A DNA stretch of 64,000 nucleotides. Origin: Myxococcales bacterium (lineage in GTDB: Bacteria; Myxococcota_A; UBA9042; JABWCM01; BTVJ01). Below, piece after piece: positions 48,270 to 63,200 of the stretch. The notes under the pieces were generated by a model. The model was not told where the DNA came from. It made no database searches and saw only the letters and a list, made by a program, of their open reading frames with translations. How positions within the stretch are numbered: the stretch's first letter is position 1; each line of letters opens with the position of its first letter. Position numbers and translations under genes: made by a program. The DNA is taken from the NCBI GenBank assembly GCA_045863395.1, contig BTVJ01000010.1, forward strand, positions 1 to 64,000, in the 5' to 3' direction.

Positions 48270-51200
48270 GCGCTGCGCTCCGCACTCTGATAGCGGTGGC
48301 GATGCTGGTCCCCGGGGCTGCGGCTGCCCAGAACCTGCTGGTCAACGGGAGCTGTGACGACGCCCTCGTCGGCGCCGAGATCCCCGGCTGGACCGAGGTC
48401 ACCGGCACGTCGTGGACCCGCCGCAGCTCCAGCCCGGGCGCCCGCGATGGGAGCTACTACTTCTACGCCGGCGCCAACGCTGCCGCGGAGCTGGCCCAGA
48501 GCGTCGACGTGTCGTCCATGGCGGCGGACATCGACGGCGGGGCGCACGCCTTCCGGTTCTCGGGCTTCATCCGGTCGTTCGACCAGGCGCCCTCCGACAC
48601 CGCGCGCATCGTCGTCGAGTACCGCAGCGGGGCGGGGACGGTGCTGGACGCGTTCGACACGGGGCCGACCGCCTACTTCGTCGCGTGGACTCCCATCTCG
48701 GACACGCGGACCGCCCCGGTGGGGACGCGCACCATCCGGGTGCGCCTGGAGTCGATCCGCTTCAACGGGACCAACAACGACGGGTACTTCGACGGCCTGC
48801 GGCTCGTGGCCCTCGGAGCGCCGCCGGCGGTGGCCGGCACCGCGACCCGCATCGAGGATCTGCGGGCCGAGGCCACCGAAGGGGGGGTGCGGCTCCGCTG
48901 GACGGCGCCCACTGCCGGGCTCCGGCGGGGGCTGTCGCCCGACCTGCCGGCCCTCGACTGCGTGGACGTTGCCGAGACCGGCAACACCGCCAGCGGCGTC
49001 TACTGGCTCGCGACCGAGGGCGGCCCCTCCCGCGCCTTCTGCGACCTGGACACCGACGGCGGCGGCTGGACCCTCTGCTACACCGCGACGACCACCGTGC
49101 GGCTGGCCTCGGAGACGACCTACGACCCCGCCCTGCCCTACGGCACGGACGGCTACCGCGCAGACTGCCGGGGCGTGCCCTTCCGCGACGTGCTCTACGT
49201 GAACCACGACGGCGGCGACCACGCGTGGTTCCGGCGTGACGCCGCCGGGGACGTGACGATGGGCGAGCTTGGCTACAACACCAACGGCGCGGAGCTGGGC
49301 ACGTTCACTGGCCACGGAGCGACCGACGCGGGCGTCCCCTACCAGCTCATGGTGTGCGACACGACCAACTGGTACCCCGGGCTGATGGTGAGCGGCGCCG
49401 GCTCCTGCTGGAAGTCCTGCGGCAACTGGTGCAGCGACTCGACGAGCCTCTATTACCGCATGCGGGGCCTGTCCTACGTCGGGGCGGCCTTCAACCAGCC
49501 AGGCCACCGGGACCTGCAACCGAAGCGCCTCTCCGTGGGGGTCCGGCGCCGCGTGCCCAATCCGCCTCCTGGTGCGAGCACCTACGAGGTGCGCTCCTCG
49601 GCGGTGGCCATCACCGACGCCGCCCCGTGGGAGCCCACGCCGTCACGAGGCGAGCATGACGGGACGGTCGACGACGGCGCGCTCACCCTGGCGCCCCCGG
49701 TGGCCGGCGTGGTGGACGACAGAGCCCGCGTCCTGGCCGTGGAGTCGGGCCTGACCGTACCCCTCGGCGTCGCCGTGACCGACGGCGCGTGGATCTACGC
49801 GAAGCCACAGGCCGGCAGCGGCCCGAGCATCTTCTGGAAGATCGGCAGCGGCATGGGCGGGACCGTGGCGGGCCAGGTGGAGTCGAGCGTCGGCCCCGAC
49901 ACGACGGCGTCCATGTCCGCGGCCTACCTCGATGGGTTCATCTACAACCCCATCTCCGGCAACCCCTACGCGCTGGAGCGCCTCGACGTGGCGACGGGCG
50001 TGCTGGAGACCGTCGCCGTGCCCGATGGCCTGCTGCGCCGGGACACGGGGCGGGTGGAGGCCGGGGGCGAGATCCTGATTGGCAGCGACGGCCAGCACCT
50101 GCTGTGCCTGGCCCACTCCATCGAGGGAGGGTCCCTGAACGGCTGGCGACTGCGCACCTACGGCGTGGGGCCGCTCGGTGAGCCGGATCTGCTCGACGAG
50201 TCGCTGATCTTCACGACCAGCTACGCGGCCCGGTCGGTGCTGGCCGACGGGAGCGTCGTCATCCCCATGCCCTGGGGCAACTCGTCCGGCACCGCGCGGA
50301 TCCTGGCCGTGCTGGACCCGGCGACGCTGGCTCAGGTGCGGACGAGCTCGATCATCCAGTGCTCCTCCTGCTGGGACTTCGACGCGCCTGCCGGCGGCGG
50401 CTACGACCCGCTGCATGGGTTGTTCTGGGTGGGCGACGGCGTGCGGCCGCGCCTCGCGGCCTTCCCGGCGACGCGCGTGACGAGCGCGGGGACCTTCACG
50501 TCGGAGGCCCACGACTTCGGAGCCCCGGTCACCCTCGGGTCGATCACCTGGGACGCGGAGATCCCGGCCGGGGCCTCCGCCACCGTCTCCGCCCGCACGA
50601 GCCAGGATCTCGCCACCTGGAGCGCCTTCGCGCCAGTCTCTGCCTCGGGCGGCACCCCAGCCGTCCCCGCAGGCCGATACGCCCAGGTGCGCGTCACCAT
50701 GAGCCGGGGGAGCAACGCGCCGCGCGTGCGAGGGCTCCACGTGAGCGCGTCCGGTGAGACCTGGTCGGCAGCCACGCCGGTCACAGGCGCCCCCGAGCCG
50801 GGACCGCCCGGCACCCCGCAGGAGATGGTGGTGCCCGTGGCCCCCGGCGAGGCTTGGTTTGCCATCCGCGCGGTCACCACGGCCCCGGGCCCGGCGTCCG
50901 TCCCCGCCCACCGGCCCGCGGGCACGGCGATAACCCTCGACTCCCCTCCCGACGGAGCCACGGTGGCGGGCCTCGTGCCCGTTCAGGTCACCGCCGCCGC
51001 GACGAGCGTGGAGCTTCGCGTGGACGGCGCGCTGGTCGCGACCCTGGAGGCCCCCTCGGCGCCGGCCGCGCAGGCGGCGAGCCCCCGCTGGCGCCTCTCG
51101 CGGACCGTCCGGGTCGATGACGCGGGCCCGGGCCTGTCCGCGACGACGACCGTCTCCGTTCCCCTGGACGTGGCGGACCTGATCCCGCGGGGCTTCGTGC

Positions 51201-54200
51201 GGCCTGACCTCTCGGACCTGCGCCTCCTTGGCTCCGAGGAGCTCCCGCGGCTCCGCCACAGGGACGGGACCCTTCGCTTCCGCCTGCCTCGCCCCATCCC
51301 GCCCGGCGGCACCGACACCTTCACGCTGGTCATGGGCGGAGACCCGAGCGGCCCGGCGCCGGACAGCCCCGGCTCCGTCGCGCTGTTCCACGACGACTTC
51401 GAGGGCGGCGACGCCCGGTGGACCAACCTGCAGGGCCCCTGGGCCGTCGCCGAGGTCGGCGGACGCACGGCCATGCAGCGAGCAGTGACCTCCGAGACCC
51501 TCGGGGGAGGCGTTCGGGCGTGGCTCACGCAGGCAGAGCCAGGCCCCCTTCCCCAGAGCTTCGACCTGGAGGCGCTGGTCCGCTCCCCGTCCGGGTACAG
51601 CAACGCCTACTGGGGCTTCTTCCTCTATGGGTCCGCCGTCACGGTCAACGACGCGACCTACATCGGGAGCAACCACCTCATCCACCACACCTGGACCACG
51701 AACGGCGGCTACACGGAGATCCAGTCGGTGAGCGACTTCGTGCGCCTGGACCATTGGCACCGCCTGAGCGCTCACGTGCGGGGCGTCACCTTCGACACGC
51801 GCCTGGACGGCACTCTCACGGTGTTCGGGCGCCCCGGCCACGGGCCCGCGGGCACCGTCGGACTCTGGAGCGAGGCGACCTACGGCGCGGGGACGGCGCC
51901 CGCCTGGTACGACGACCTGACGATCTGGGACCGCGGCGTCCTGCCCCCGCGCGTCGTGCTCGGCCCGGAGACCCCGGCCCCCACGACGCCCTCCACATGG
52001 ACATGGGCCTGGGACACCACCTCACTTGCGCCCGGGACGCACACCATCGAGGCGCGGGCCGTCGACGCGTTTGGGAGCGCGTCTGCGACAGCCGTGGTCA
52101 CAGTGGAGGCCCCGGTCGTGAGCACACCCACGCTGACCGCTCCGGCGGACGGAGCCCTGGTCGAGGGGACGACCGTCCACGTCACCGGGACGGCCCCCGC
52201 CGGCTCCGTCGTGACGGTCACCGTGGACGGCGAGCCCGCCGCCACCACCACCGCGGCTGGTGGCACGCCGTGGGTGGTGGAGGCGGAGGCCCCGTCCAAC
52301 ACGGTGACCGGGGGCATGATCGTGGGCGGCGCCATCCACGTGGGGTCCTGGCCAGGGCCATCGACGACCAACGTTGCGCTCGGCCGGAAGGCGACGGCCA
52401 ACAAGACCTACAGCGGCAGCTACCCGGCCTCCCAGGCGGTGGACGGCCGCCCCGAGTCCGGCGCGGGCACCTACTGGCTGGCGCCCAATGGCGCCAAGGA
52501 CGCCCATGTCACGGTCGATCTGGGCGCGCCCCACGTGGTCGACCGGATCCGCGTGATCAACACGCGCAACGGCTCTTTCAACGACCGCTCCACCAAGGAC
52601 TACCGCCTGGGGATCTCGATGGACGGGGTGACGTTCACGGTGGTCGCCTCGGGCACCCTCGCCGACGACGACTGGACCACGTGGGTGACCTCGACGCTGG
52701 CACCGCCGCTGGTCGCGCGCCACGTGCGCTTCTACGCCGACACCTACTTCGGGTCCGGCGCCGGGCTGGGCGAGCTGGAGGTCTACGGGACGGAGCAGGG
52801 GGCGTGGGCGCGCGTCGAGACTCCGTGGCACGCCCTGCCCGGGACGCTCGTCTCGTTCACCGCAGACGCCAGCGGAGCCGCCCACGAGGTCTCCGTGGAG
52901 GGGGAGACGTGGCTGCCCATCTCCGCCCTGCCGGGCCTCTCGCTGCCCGCGGGTCAAGCGCGCCTGAGGACGACGCTGGTCCGCTCGAGTCTCACCAGCG
53001 ACCCCTGGGTGGACCGGCTCCAGGTCGTGGCCTCGGGAGCCGGGGGCGGGCCCGGCGCGTTCGCCACCGACGTGCCCGTGATCGGCGGGATCCACCAGAT
53101 CGCTGCCAGCGCGACGCTGGGCGCGGTGACCTCGTCGCCCTCGGCGACGGTGACCATCGACGTGGATCCGGCTCCCCCAGGCGCCGTGAACGACCTGCTG
53201 GCGACGCCGGGGGCCGCGCAGGGCTCCGTCGTGCTCACCTGGACCGCGCCAGGAGACGACGGGGCCGCCGGGACCGCGGCGGCCTACCAGATCTGGCGGC
53301 ACTCTGCGCCCCTCTCCGCAAACCTGCTCCAGGTCGCGACGGTCGTCCCCGCCCCCGCGCCGGCCGCCGGGGGCACTCCCGAGTCCCTCACGGTCACGGG
53401 GCTCGCCACGGGGACCACCTACCACTGGATCCTCCGGGCCGTGGACGACCGGGGACAGGAGGCGCCCCTGTCCAATGGGTCATCCACCATCCCGGGCGAC
53501 ACCACCGCGCCGTCACTGACCATCACGGCCCCGGTGGGTGGGGCCCACCTGCGCTCCTCTCAGACGCTCACTGCGACCGCCACGGACCCGTCCGGCGTGG
53601 CCACCGTCACCTGGAAGGTGGACGGCACGACGGTGGCGGTGGCGACGACCCCCTTCTCGGCGACCATCGACACGGCTGGCTGGGCCGACGGGCAGCACAC
53701 CATCGTCGGCGAGGCCCGGGACACCTTCGGCAACCTCACCACCAAGCAGGTCACCGTCACCTTCGACAACACCGCCCCCTCCCTGGCGCTGGACCCGGTG
53801 GCATCGCCGCGGGCGACGGCCGTGACCGTGACGTACACCACGTCCGACGCCCTGACGCCCGCCGGGCAGCTCGTGGTGCGGGACCAGGACGGGCGCGCGC
53901 CCCCGCTGGTGTACGGCGACGAGGGACCGCGCACCGTGACCGTCACCTCGACGGACCTGGCCGGAAACGTGGCCTCGGCGCTGGTGGCCTTCCTCATCGA
54001 TCAGACCGGGCCCGCGCCCATCGTGGACCTGGAGGCGACCCCCGGGGGCGGCGGAGTGGAGCTGGCGTGGACGGCGCCGTCGGACGCGCTGACGAGCGTG
54101 GCGTCCTACGAGGTGCGCGTGGCCGCGGCCGGGGGCACGGCGTTCGGGACGGGTGCCGACGGCCCCCTCTCGGTGACGGGCACGGTCACCGTGGACTCGG

Positions 54201-57200
54201 TGCGCACGCCCGTGGTGGGGGACGTCCCTGCCGGCTCGACCACGGTCCCCGTCGTGAACGCCGCGGGCTTCCAGGCAGGCGACGAGGTGATCCTCTGGGA
54301 CGCCCAGGGTCCCCTCTCGCCCGGGCGGTGGACCTCCCGGCGCCTCTCCGGGGTCGCGGGAGGCGCCTTGCTCCTGGACGCGCCGCTCGCCGACGCCCTG
54401 CCGGGAGCGACGGACCAGGTGGTGGCCCAGCGGGTCCCCCAGTACACGAACGTCACGGTCAATGCAGGAGGGATCCTGACGGCGAGCCCCTGGGACGGTC
54501 AGACCGGGGGGCTCGTGGCCTTCCGCGCGACCGGCACGGTCACCATCCTCGCGGGCGGGAAGATCGACGCCAGCGGCCTCGGGTTCCGGGGCTCCCCGGC
54601 TTCCGGTACGTGGCAGTGCCGCCGGAACCAGTCGGGCGGGGGTGGCGAGGGCCTGCTCGGGCACCTCGCCGCGGACCAGCCGAACGCCCACGTCAACGGC
54701 GGCGGCGGGGCCCTGCGCGTGACCTGCACCGACGCGGCCGGCGGCGGCGGCGGCGGCAACGCGGCCCCGGGGACACCTGGCGAGGACTGGACCTGCTCCC
54801 TCGGCGGCAAGGGAGGCGCGGCAGTAGACGACCACGGCTTCACGCGGCTGCTCCTTGGGGGCGGGGGCGGCGAGGGCGGCGCGGACAACGACGGCGGCGC
54901 CCCGGGCATTGGTGGCCGCGGCGGAGGCGCCGTGGTGCTGTCCACCGCGAGCATCCTGATCGACGGCGAGCTCACCTCCCGCGGCAAGGCAGGCGGCAAC
55001 GCCTGCCAGAGCTGCGCCGGGTGCAGCGGCAGCGGCTGCGGAATGGGCGGCGGCGGGGGCGGGGCCGGCGGCTCCGTCCTGGTGCGCGCGGGTGCCTTCG
55101 ACCTCAACGTGGGGCTCGTGGACGTGGCGGGCGGCAGCGGCGGGCTCCACGTGGGCTCGTGCGGAGGAAACGGCGGCGCGGGCGGCGCCGGCCGCGTGCG
55201 CATCGAGGCCGATACGGTGGCGGGGCCCGTTCCCGGAGCCGTCACCGGGGCGCTCAGCGCCTTCGACTGGGCCGCGGCGACCCCCGTGGAGGGCGCGCCC
55301 ACCCCAGGCGCACCCGGAGCCGCCGAGTCGATGACCGCCACGGAGCTGCCCGCGGGCTCCCTCCTCTTCGCCGTGCGCTCGCGGGACGCGGTGGGCAACC
55401 TCTCGCCGCTCTCCAACGTGCCAGGAGTGGACTCGGCGCCCCCCACGGTCACCATCGACGACCCTCTGGACGGCGAGACCGTCACGCGCCCCGTGGCAGT
55501 CCAGGTGACCGCCACCGACGACGTCGGGGTCCTGTCGGTGCGCTTCGCGGTAGATGGACAGGAGCTCTCCGTGGACACGGCGCCACCGTGGCGCCATGAC
55601 CTGGACATCCGGGCCCTGGTGCCGGGCCCCCACGAGATCTCCGTGGTGGCGACGGACACCTCCGGCATGGAGGCGCAGGCGGCCGTCACGGTGGTCATCG
55701 CGCCCGCCCCACCGGCGGCGCCGGTGATCCTGGCGCCGGAGGAGGGCGCGCTGGTCAGGACGGCCACCCCAGCCATCGGAGGCTCCGCGGAGGCCTGGAC
55801 CACGGTGCACGTCTACGCCGACGGGGACCTCGTGGCCAGCGTGCCCTCGGCGAAGGCCGCCACCCTCTCCTGGGAGGCGGAGGCCGACGCGGTCGCGCGC
55901 CACGGCCTGACCATCGACGGAGGCCAGGTCGCCATCGCCCCTGCGGGGGGGACCGCCACCAACCTGGCCCTCCTGCCCGGGACGGTGGTGACGGGCGGCA
56001 CGGACACCTCCACCGCGGTCGACGGCAAGACGACGTACTGGTGGGCGAGCTGGCGCACCAGCGCCGCCTGCACCGAGGTGCCGACCCGCCTCGGCCGGGT
56101 GGCGCTGGCCGCCCCGGCGCTCATCGATCACATCCGCCTCGGCCTCTTCGACGACGGGCGCCAGTTCTACGGCTACCGCGTCGAGGTGAGCCAGGACGGC
56201 CACGAGTGGGTCACCTGGGCGGACACCGCCGGCAGCGGCCTGGACTACACCGGGGATCAGGAGCTGAGCGGTCCTCCCCGCATGATCCGCTACGTGGACA
56301 TCTGGGTCACGGGCAGCACGACGGGCTGTGACGCCATCGTGTCCGAGGTGGGCATCTTCGCGGCCACGAGCGGGCTCGGGGGCGTCGCGCTGTTCCCGCT
56401 GGTGGCGGACCCCACCGCCACCCTGGCCACCGGGTTCGAGGCCTCCGAGAGCCCGGCGGACGGCTCCATCACCTGGGAGGTGCTGGCCACGGGGGACCTG
56501 CTGGCCGACACGTTCGAGGGCAACGCGGTGGACCCGGAGCGCTGGGTCCAGGCGGGGACCACCGTCGCCGCCGGGGTCGCGAGCGTCACGGGGACGGGCA
56601 CCTGGGGCCAGCGCTACCTCATCGGGCGCAAGCGCGCCTTCCGCACGGGTGACGTGGTGCTCTCCGCGCGCCTCTTCCCCACCACCGGCAGCCGCAGCAT
56701 GGTGGGCATCAAGGATCAAGACACCACCACCACCTACACGGCCCTGATCTACGGGCTCCACTTCGACGCGGGCACGCTCAACGTCTACGAGGACGGCACG
56801 CTGCGCGGGAGCGTGGGCACCTACACCCAGGCGCAGTGGATCGACGTGCGCATCGAGGTGGGGGACCCGGCGGGCGCCACCACCTGGATCCGCCCGGCGG
56901 GTGGCGACTGGTCCCAGGTCTACGCCAGCGCCTACAGCGCCGAGGCCGATCTGCGCCCGGCCCTCATCGTGCGGACCGGCACCGTGCAGCTCGACGCCAT
57001 GACGCTCCGGGCGCGGGCGTGGTGGCCCATGGAGCGCCTCTCCGACGCCGACCTGGCGGCCTCCCGGCTCCAGGTGCGCGCGCACCTCACGCGCCCCAAC
57101 GTCGAGGCGACGAGCCCCACCGTGGACGTGGCCTCGCTGCTGCTCTCCGACGGCGCGCTCGGAGCAGGGCCCGGCGCCTTCCGCGCCGTGGTCCCCCTGG

Positions 57201-60200
57201 CCGACGGCGCCCACACGGTCACGGCGGTGTGCGAGGATGCGGTCGGATCAGGCCCGCCGTCGCCGCCCGTGACCTTCACGGTGGACTCTGGTCCCCCCGA
57301 CGCCATCACGGACCTGACGGGCGTTGCGCTTCCGGGCGGCGTGGTGCAGCTCGGGTGGACGGCACCTGCGTCGGAGCCCGTGACCTCGTACCTGGTCTAC
57401 CGATCGAGCACACCCATCGAGGACGTCTCCCAGCACCAGCCCATCGCTACCACGGCGGCGACCGGCTTCCTCGACGCCTCCAACCAGAGCGCCACCTTCC
57501 ACTACGTGGTGGTGGCCGTCGACCTGGCAGGCAACCGCAGCGCCCCCTCGAACGCGGTGGTCGTGGTGTCCGACAAGGCGGGCCCCACCGCGACCGTCGC
57601 GACCAACCCACCGTCACCGCTTGGCCTCGGCGACGTGGAGGTGGTGTTCACCCTCAGTGAGCCGGTGCAGGCAGGCGCCGTGTTCCGCTTCGTGCCACCC
57701 GGAGGCGCCCCGGTCACGCTGAGCGCGGTGGCGGACTCCCCCCTGGTCCACCGCGCCACCCTGGCGATCACCGAAGCCATGGCGTCCGGCCAGGCGGAGT
57801 TCACCTGGAGCGGCGTGGACCTGACGGGCAACGCGGGGACAGCGGTGCCCACGGGGCGCTACGTGACCCTGGACACCGTCCGCCCGACGGCCACGATCAG
57901 CCTCACTCCGCCGCCGCCGCTGGGGCCTGGCTCCGTCGCGGTCAAGGTCCTCAGCAGCGAACCTCTGAGCGCGGTCCCGGGGCTGGCATTCGCTCCGGAG
58001 GGGAAGGGCCCGACGCCGATCCCCCTGTCCGGCGCGGGTGGCCTGTACCAGGGCACGCTGACCGTCACGCCCGCCCTGGGCGACGGCGTGGGGGTGTTCT
58101 CCTTCCAAGGGACCGACGCGGTGGGCAACGTGGGCACCACGCTCACCAAGGGCGGGACCGCGATCATCGACACGACTCCCCCGGCCCCCCCCACCGACCT
58201 CGCCGCCGTCAAGACGCCCACCGGCGCCATCAGCCTGACGTGGAGCCAGCCGGGAGATGCCTCCACCTGGCGCGTCTACCGGGACCGCGACCCCCTCACA
58301 TCGACGGCGGGCCTCACGCCCGCGGTGACCGCCACCACCACGTCGGCCCTCGACCTGCCGCCCGAGGACGGCCTCTGGCACTACGCGGTGGTGGCGGTGG
58401 ACGCGGCAGGCAACGCGAGCGGACCGTCGGACGGTGCGAGCGTGGTGGCGTCGCCTCCACCCCCGGAGGACCCCACGGGCCTGACGGTGGTGGCCGCCGG
58501 GCTGACCACCGTCACGGTGGGGTGGATCCCGTCCATCGACTCCCAGGGCACCCTGACCGGCTACCGGGTATACCGGGACGGGGCCCTGGTGCAGACGCTA
58601 TCCCCCTCCGCGACGGCGACCACGCTTGGGGGCCTCTCGCCCGCGTCGGGCGCCGCTGTGCGGGTCACCGCCTTCGACGCGGCCAACCGGGAGAGCCTCG
58701 GCGCCACCGTCCAGGCGTGGACCCTCGTGCCGAATCCAGCGGACCTCGCCGCCGAGGGTCAGGACGGCCGCGTGGAGCTGGAGTGGACACCCTCCCTGGC
58801 GCCCGCCGTGCTGCACCAGGCGATCTACATGGGTGAGGCTCCGTTCGGCACCGTCGCCGGCCTCCTCCCCGTGGCGACGGTGGCGCCAGGAGCGGCCTCG
58901 GCATCCGTCCTTGGGCTGACCAACGGCCAGCCCCTCTGGTTCGCCGTGGTCGCCGTGAACCAGTCGGGTCTCTTCGAGCCGGCGGTGACGCCCGTTGGGG
59001 CCACGCCGGCCGACCACGAGGCGCCGAACCCGCCGACCGCGCTCAAGGTGGTGGAGTCGCTCGCCACGAGCGTGGTCCTGAGCTTTACCCCCAGCACCTC
59101 CGCCGACCTCGCCGGCTACACGCTCAAGCGGAACGGCACACAGGTCGCGACCCTCCCCGCGGGGGCCTCGGGGTACACGCTCGGCGGCCTCCCCACGGCC
59201 TCCTCCAACGCCCTCGCCCTGGCGGCCTACGACGGATCCGGCAACCAGAGCGCCGCGGCGACGGTGACGGCGGTCACCCTGCTGCCGAACCCGAGCGGGG
59301 TCACCGTCACCCCCCACGACCAGTCCCTGACGGTGACCTGGGCCCACGCCCAGCCCGTGCTGCTGGTCAAGACCTACAGGGTCTACGCGGAGCCCGCTCC
59401 CTTCACCAGCGTGACGGGCCTCACGCCGCGGGTCACGAAGTGGGGGACGAGCGCCACGATCACCGGCCTCTTCAATGGCCAGCCCACCTGGGTCGCCGTC
59501 ACCACCGTCAACGACAGCGACGGCGAGACCCAGGCCGTGACTCCGGTGAGCGCCATCCCCCAGGACGACGCCCCGCCGGCCAACCCTGGCTCGGTGACGG
59601 TGACCGCCAGCGACGGCACCTCCGTGACCCTCGCCTGGACTGCCCCCCCCAACCCGACCGGCGACCTGGCGGGCACCCGCCTCTACCTGGACGGCGCCCT
59701 CGTGGCGACCGTCGGCCCGACCCTCACCACCCACACGCTGACGGGCCTCGCCCCGGGCTCGAGCTACGCGGTGCGCCTGACCAGCTTCGACGCAGCAGGC
59801 AACGAGAGCGCCGGCGCCACCCTCACCGTCTACACGACGCTGCCGAACCCGCCGGTCACCGGCGTGACGCCCGGCCACGGCTCTCTCACCCTGGCGTGGA
59901 CCCCGGCGACACCCGCATCCAACGTGGGCGGCCAGGCCCTCTACGTGGGGACGGCCCCCTTCGTGACCGTCGCGGGGAAGGCGCCTGCCCTGGTGGTCGG
60001 CCCCACGGCGACCTCGGGGAAGGTGGTGGGGCTGACCAACGGACAGGTCGCGCACGTGGCGGTGGTGACCGTCTCCAAGTCGGGGGGCTTCGATCCCGCG
60101 GTGGTGTCCGTCCCCGGGACCCCAGCCAAGGACACGGTGGGCCCCTCTCTCGCAAGTGTGACCTTCGCCGGCGCGCCTCTCGCAGACCCGGTCACGGGCG

Positions 60201-63200
60201 ACGGTGCCTTCGCCGTGGACGCGACGGACGCGGAGGGCGTCGCGTGGGTCCGCTTCCTCGTGGATGGCGAGAGCATCGGACAGGATCCCTCGTCGAGCGG
60301 GGGGTGGAGCGTCGCGTGGAGCCCGGACGCCGCCGGCAACGGGCCCCACGCGCTCCGCGTCGAGGCGCAGGACGTCCACGGCAACGGCTCCAGCCTGGAC
60401 GCGCCCTTCGTGGTGACCCTGGGCCCGCCCCCACCGCCGACGCTGACGTCCCCCGCCGACGGGGCCGTCGTCGGCACCTCGACCCTGCTGGTGAGCGGCA
60501 CGGCCAAAGCGGGCTCGCTGGTCGCGGTGCGCGCGGGAGAGGCGGCCGCCACGATCTCCGCCAACCCGTCGGGCAGCTTCACGACGGCCATCACGCTCGC
60601 GCCCGGCCCCAACGTCCTCACGGCGACCGCGACCGGTGTGGGAGGCGAGAGCGCCCCGTCCGCGCCCATCGGCGTCACGCTGGACACGGTCACCCCGCTG
60701 GCTCCCAAGGCCCTGTCGGCGGTGGGGGGGGAGGCCGGCGCCATCACCCTGTCCTGGGCCGACGCGGGCGACTCCTCGCCGAGCGGCACCCAGGGCTACC
60801 GCGTCTGGCGCGCGGCGGCCCCGTTCACGGCGGTGGGGCAGGCCACGCTCGTCACGGCGACGCCCGTGACCGCCCTCAAGGTGACCGATCTGCCCCCGGC
60901 GGACGGCGCCTGGTGGTACGGCGTCACCAAGCTGAGCAAGGCCGGCCTGGAGAGCGGCCTGTCCAGCCTCGCGACGGCCACGTCCGACTCCACGCCCCCC
61001 ACCGTTCAGCTCGTGTGGACTCCGCAGGGAGCCTCCGGCGGCGGCAAGGTGGGCGTCGGCCCCCTCGCGCTGACCGCCACCTTCAGCGAGCCCCTGCTTG
61101 CCACGCCCTTCCTCGCGCTGACGCCCGCCGGCGGCACCCCGATGACCATCCAGCTCGCCAAGGCCGGAGACACCTTCACGGGAACTGCCCAGGTCACGGA
61201 GTCCACCCCGAGCGGCACCGCGTGGGCCGTGGTGTCCGCCCGCGACCTGGTGGGCAACCGGGGGACCCAGATCACCGGGGGGGGCACCGTCACCCTGGAC
61301 ACACGGGCGCCGGAGGTCGCGTCTCTCGTCACGGACCCGCCCGCCCCCATCGCCAACGACCCGGACGCGCCGGTGACCGTCTCCGTCACCGTGACGTTGG
61401 ACGAGGCGATGCCGGCTGGTGTGGCCCCCTCCCTGACGTGGCGCCTGCTGGCCACCCACCCGGAGCCCTCGACAGTCCCACTCGCGTCACTGGACCCGCT
61501 GACCTGGGTGGGGGGCCTGACGCTCCCGACGACCGCGGGCGCTCCCCCCGAGGCCCTCGCCTTCGCGTGGCTCGCCGTGGACGAGCTCGGCAACGAGGGC
61601 ACGACGATCCATGGGCCCGCGGAGATCGAGGTCTACCAGGGCGCCCTCCCCCCACTGGCCGCGCCGTTGGGCTTGAAGGCGGAGCCGCAGCCGGGCGGGC
61701 ACATCGCCCTGAGCTGGATCCCGGTCGCAGGGGCGTCCGCCACCCGCGTCTACCGCCGGCCGCCGGGTGGTGCCCACACGCTGATCGCCGAGGTGCTCGA
61801 CCCGTCCCACACGGACCTCCCGGACGCAGACGGGCCGTGGGTCTACGCCGTCGCCTCAGTGCGCACGGTAGGCAGCGCGGTGGCGGAGAGCCCGAAGAGC
61901 CCGGAGGCGACGGCGACCTCCGACAGGGTGCCCCCGGGCGCCCCGCTGGCTCTGGCGCTGTCCCTGACGGGGCAGGGGGTGGTGGCCCAGTGGTCGCCGC
62001 CGCCCTACACGGAGCCTGTCACCTACCGCCTGCTCCGCTCAGCGGACCCGATCACCACCGCAGAGGGAGCCACGGTGGTGGGCTCAGGCATCCCGGGTAC
62101 GAGCGCCGCGGACCCCGCCCCCACCACCGCGGAGCGCACCTACGCGGTGGTGGCGGCAGACGCGGTGGGCAACCTCTCCGCCCCGAGCGCCAACCAGATG
62201 ATCAACGCAGCGCTCCTGCCCGTGGCCGCCCTGACCGCCGTCCGGGGAGCAGGGGCGCCCGTGCTGACCTGGACGCATGGCGCCTCGGACCTTGCCGGCT
62301 TCCGGGTCACCGTGGACGGCGCCACCGAGCCCGGCCTGCTCGCAGCGCCGCCATTTACGGACGCCGCCTGGGAGGGAGGCTCTCGGACCTACGGCGTCTC
62401 CGCCGTCGACGACCTGGGGGACGCGAGCCCCGAGCACCTGCTGACCCTGCCGGATCTCACCGCCACCCTGGCCAGCGGGAGCGTCAGGCGCAACGTGATC
62501 TCGCGGTTGACCTGGTCCCTGACGTCCCCCACGACGGTAGCCGGCGTGACGCTCGCGTTGGACCTGGGGGCCTCGGCGGCTGCCGCGCCGCCGGTCACGG
62601 TGGGGCCGGCACCGACGCTTGTGGACCTGGTGGTGGCGGGTGCCCCCTCCCTGCCAGACGCGGTGGACGCCACACTGGGCATGTCCGTGACGCCTGCCCC
62701 CGGCGATGGCGTGCTCATCGAGAGCGCCGCCCCCTTGACGGTCACGAACGACGGCTACCTGCTGCAGGTCCAGTCCCAGGCCCTGGTCCGGGGCGCGCCT
62801 ACCCAGGTGCGCCTCGTGCTCCAGAACACGAGCGACGTCACGGCGGAGGTGGTGACCGCGACGGGGGCCGGCTCCAAGCCCTCGGACCAGGTACGCTTCC
62901 GCCTGGAGGACCCGGACGGCAACCTGCTTGCCACGGCGGCACTCCACCAGGGCCTCGGGGAGGGTGTGGTGCAGGTGCCGAACGGCCAGACGGTAGGGCG
63001 CGCGCAGCCCGGGCAGGCGTTCACCTCGGCCTGGACCACGCTCGCCGTCCCCGAGGCCGCGCCGGACACCGTGGTCCTGCGCGCGGTGGTGGACGCGGTC
63101 CACTACGACCTGGGCAAGGCAGGCCACGTCCAGGTGCCGGGCCCGTCGTCCTCCCAGACCCTCACGCTCGTGCCGCCGCCCTACGACGCCGCCGTGACGA

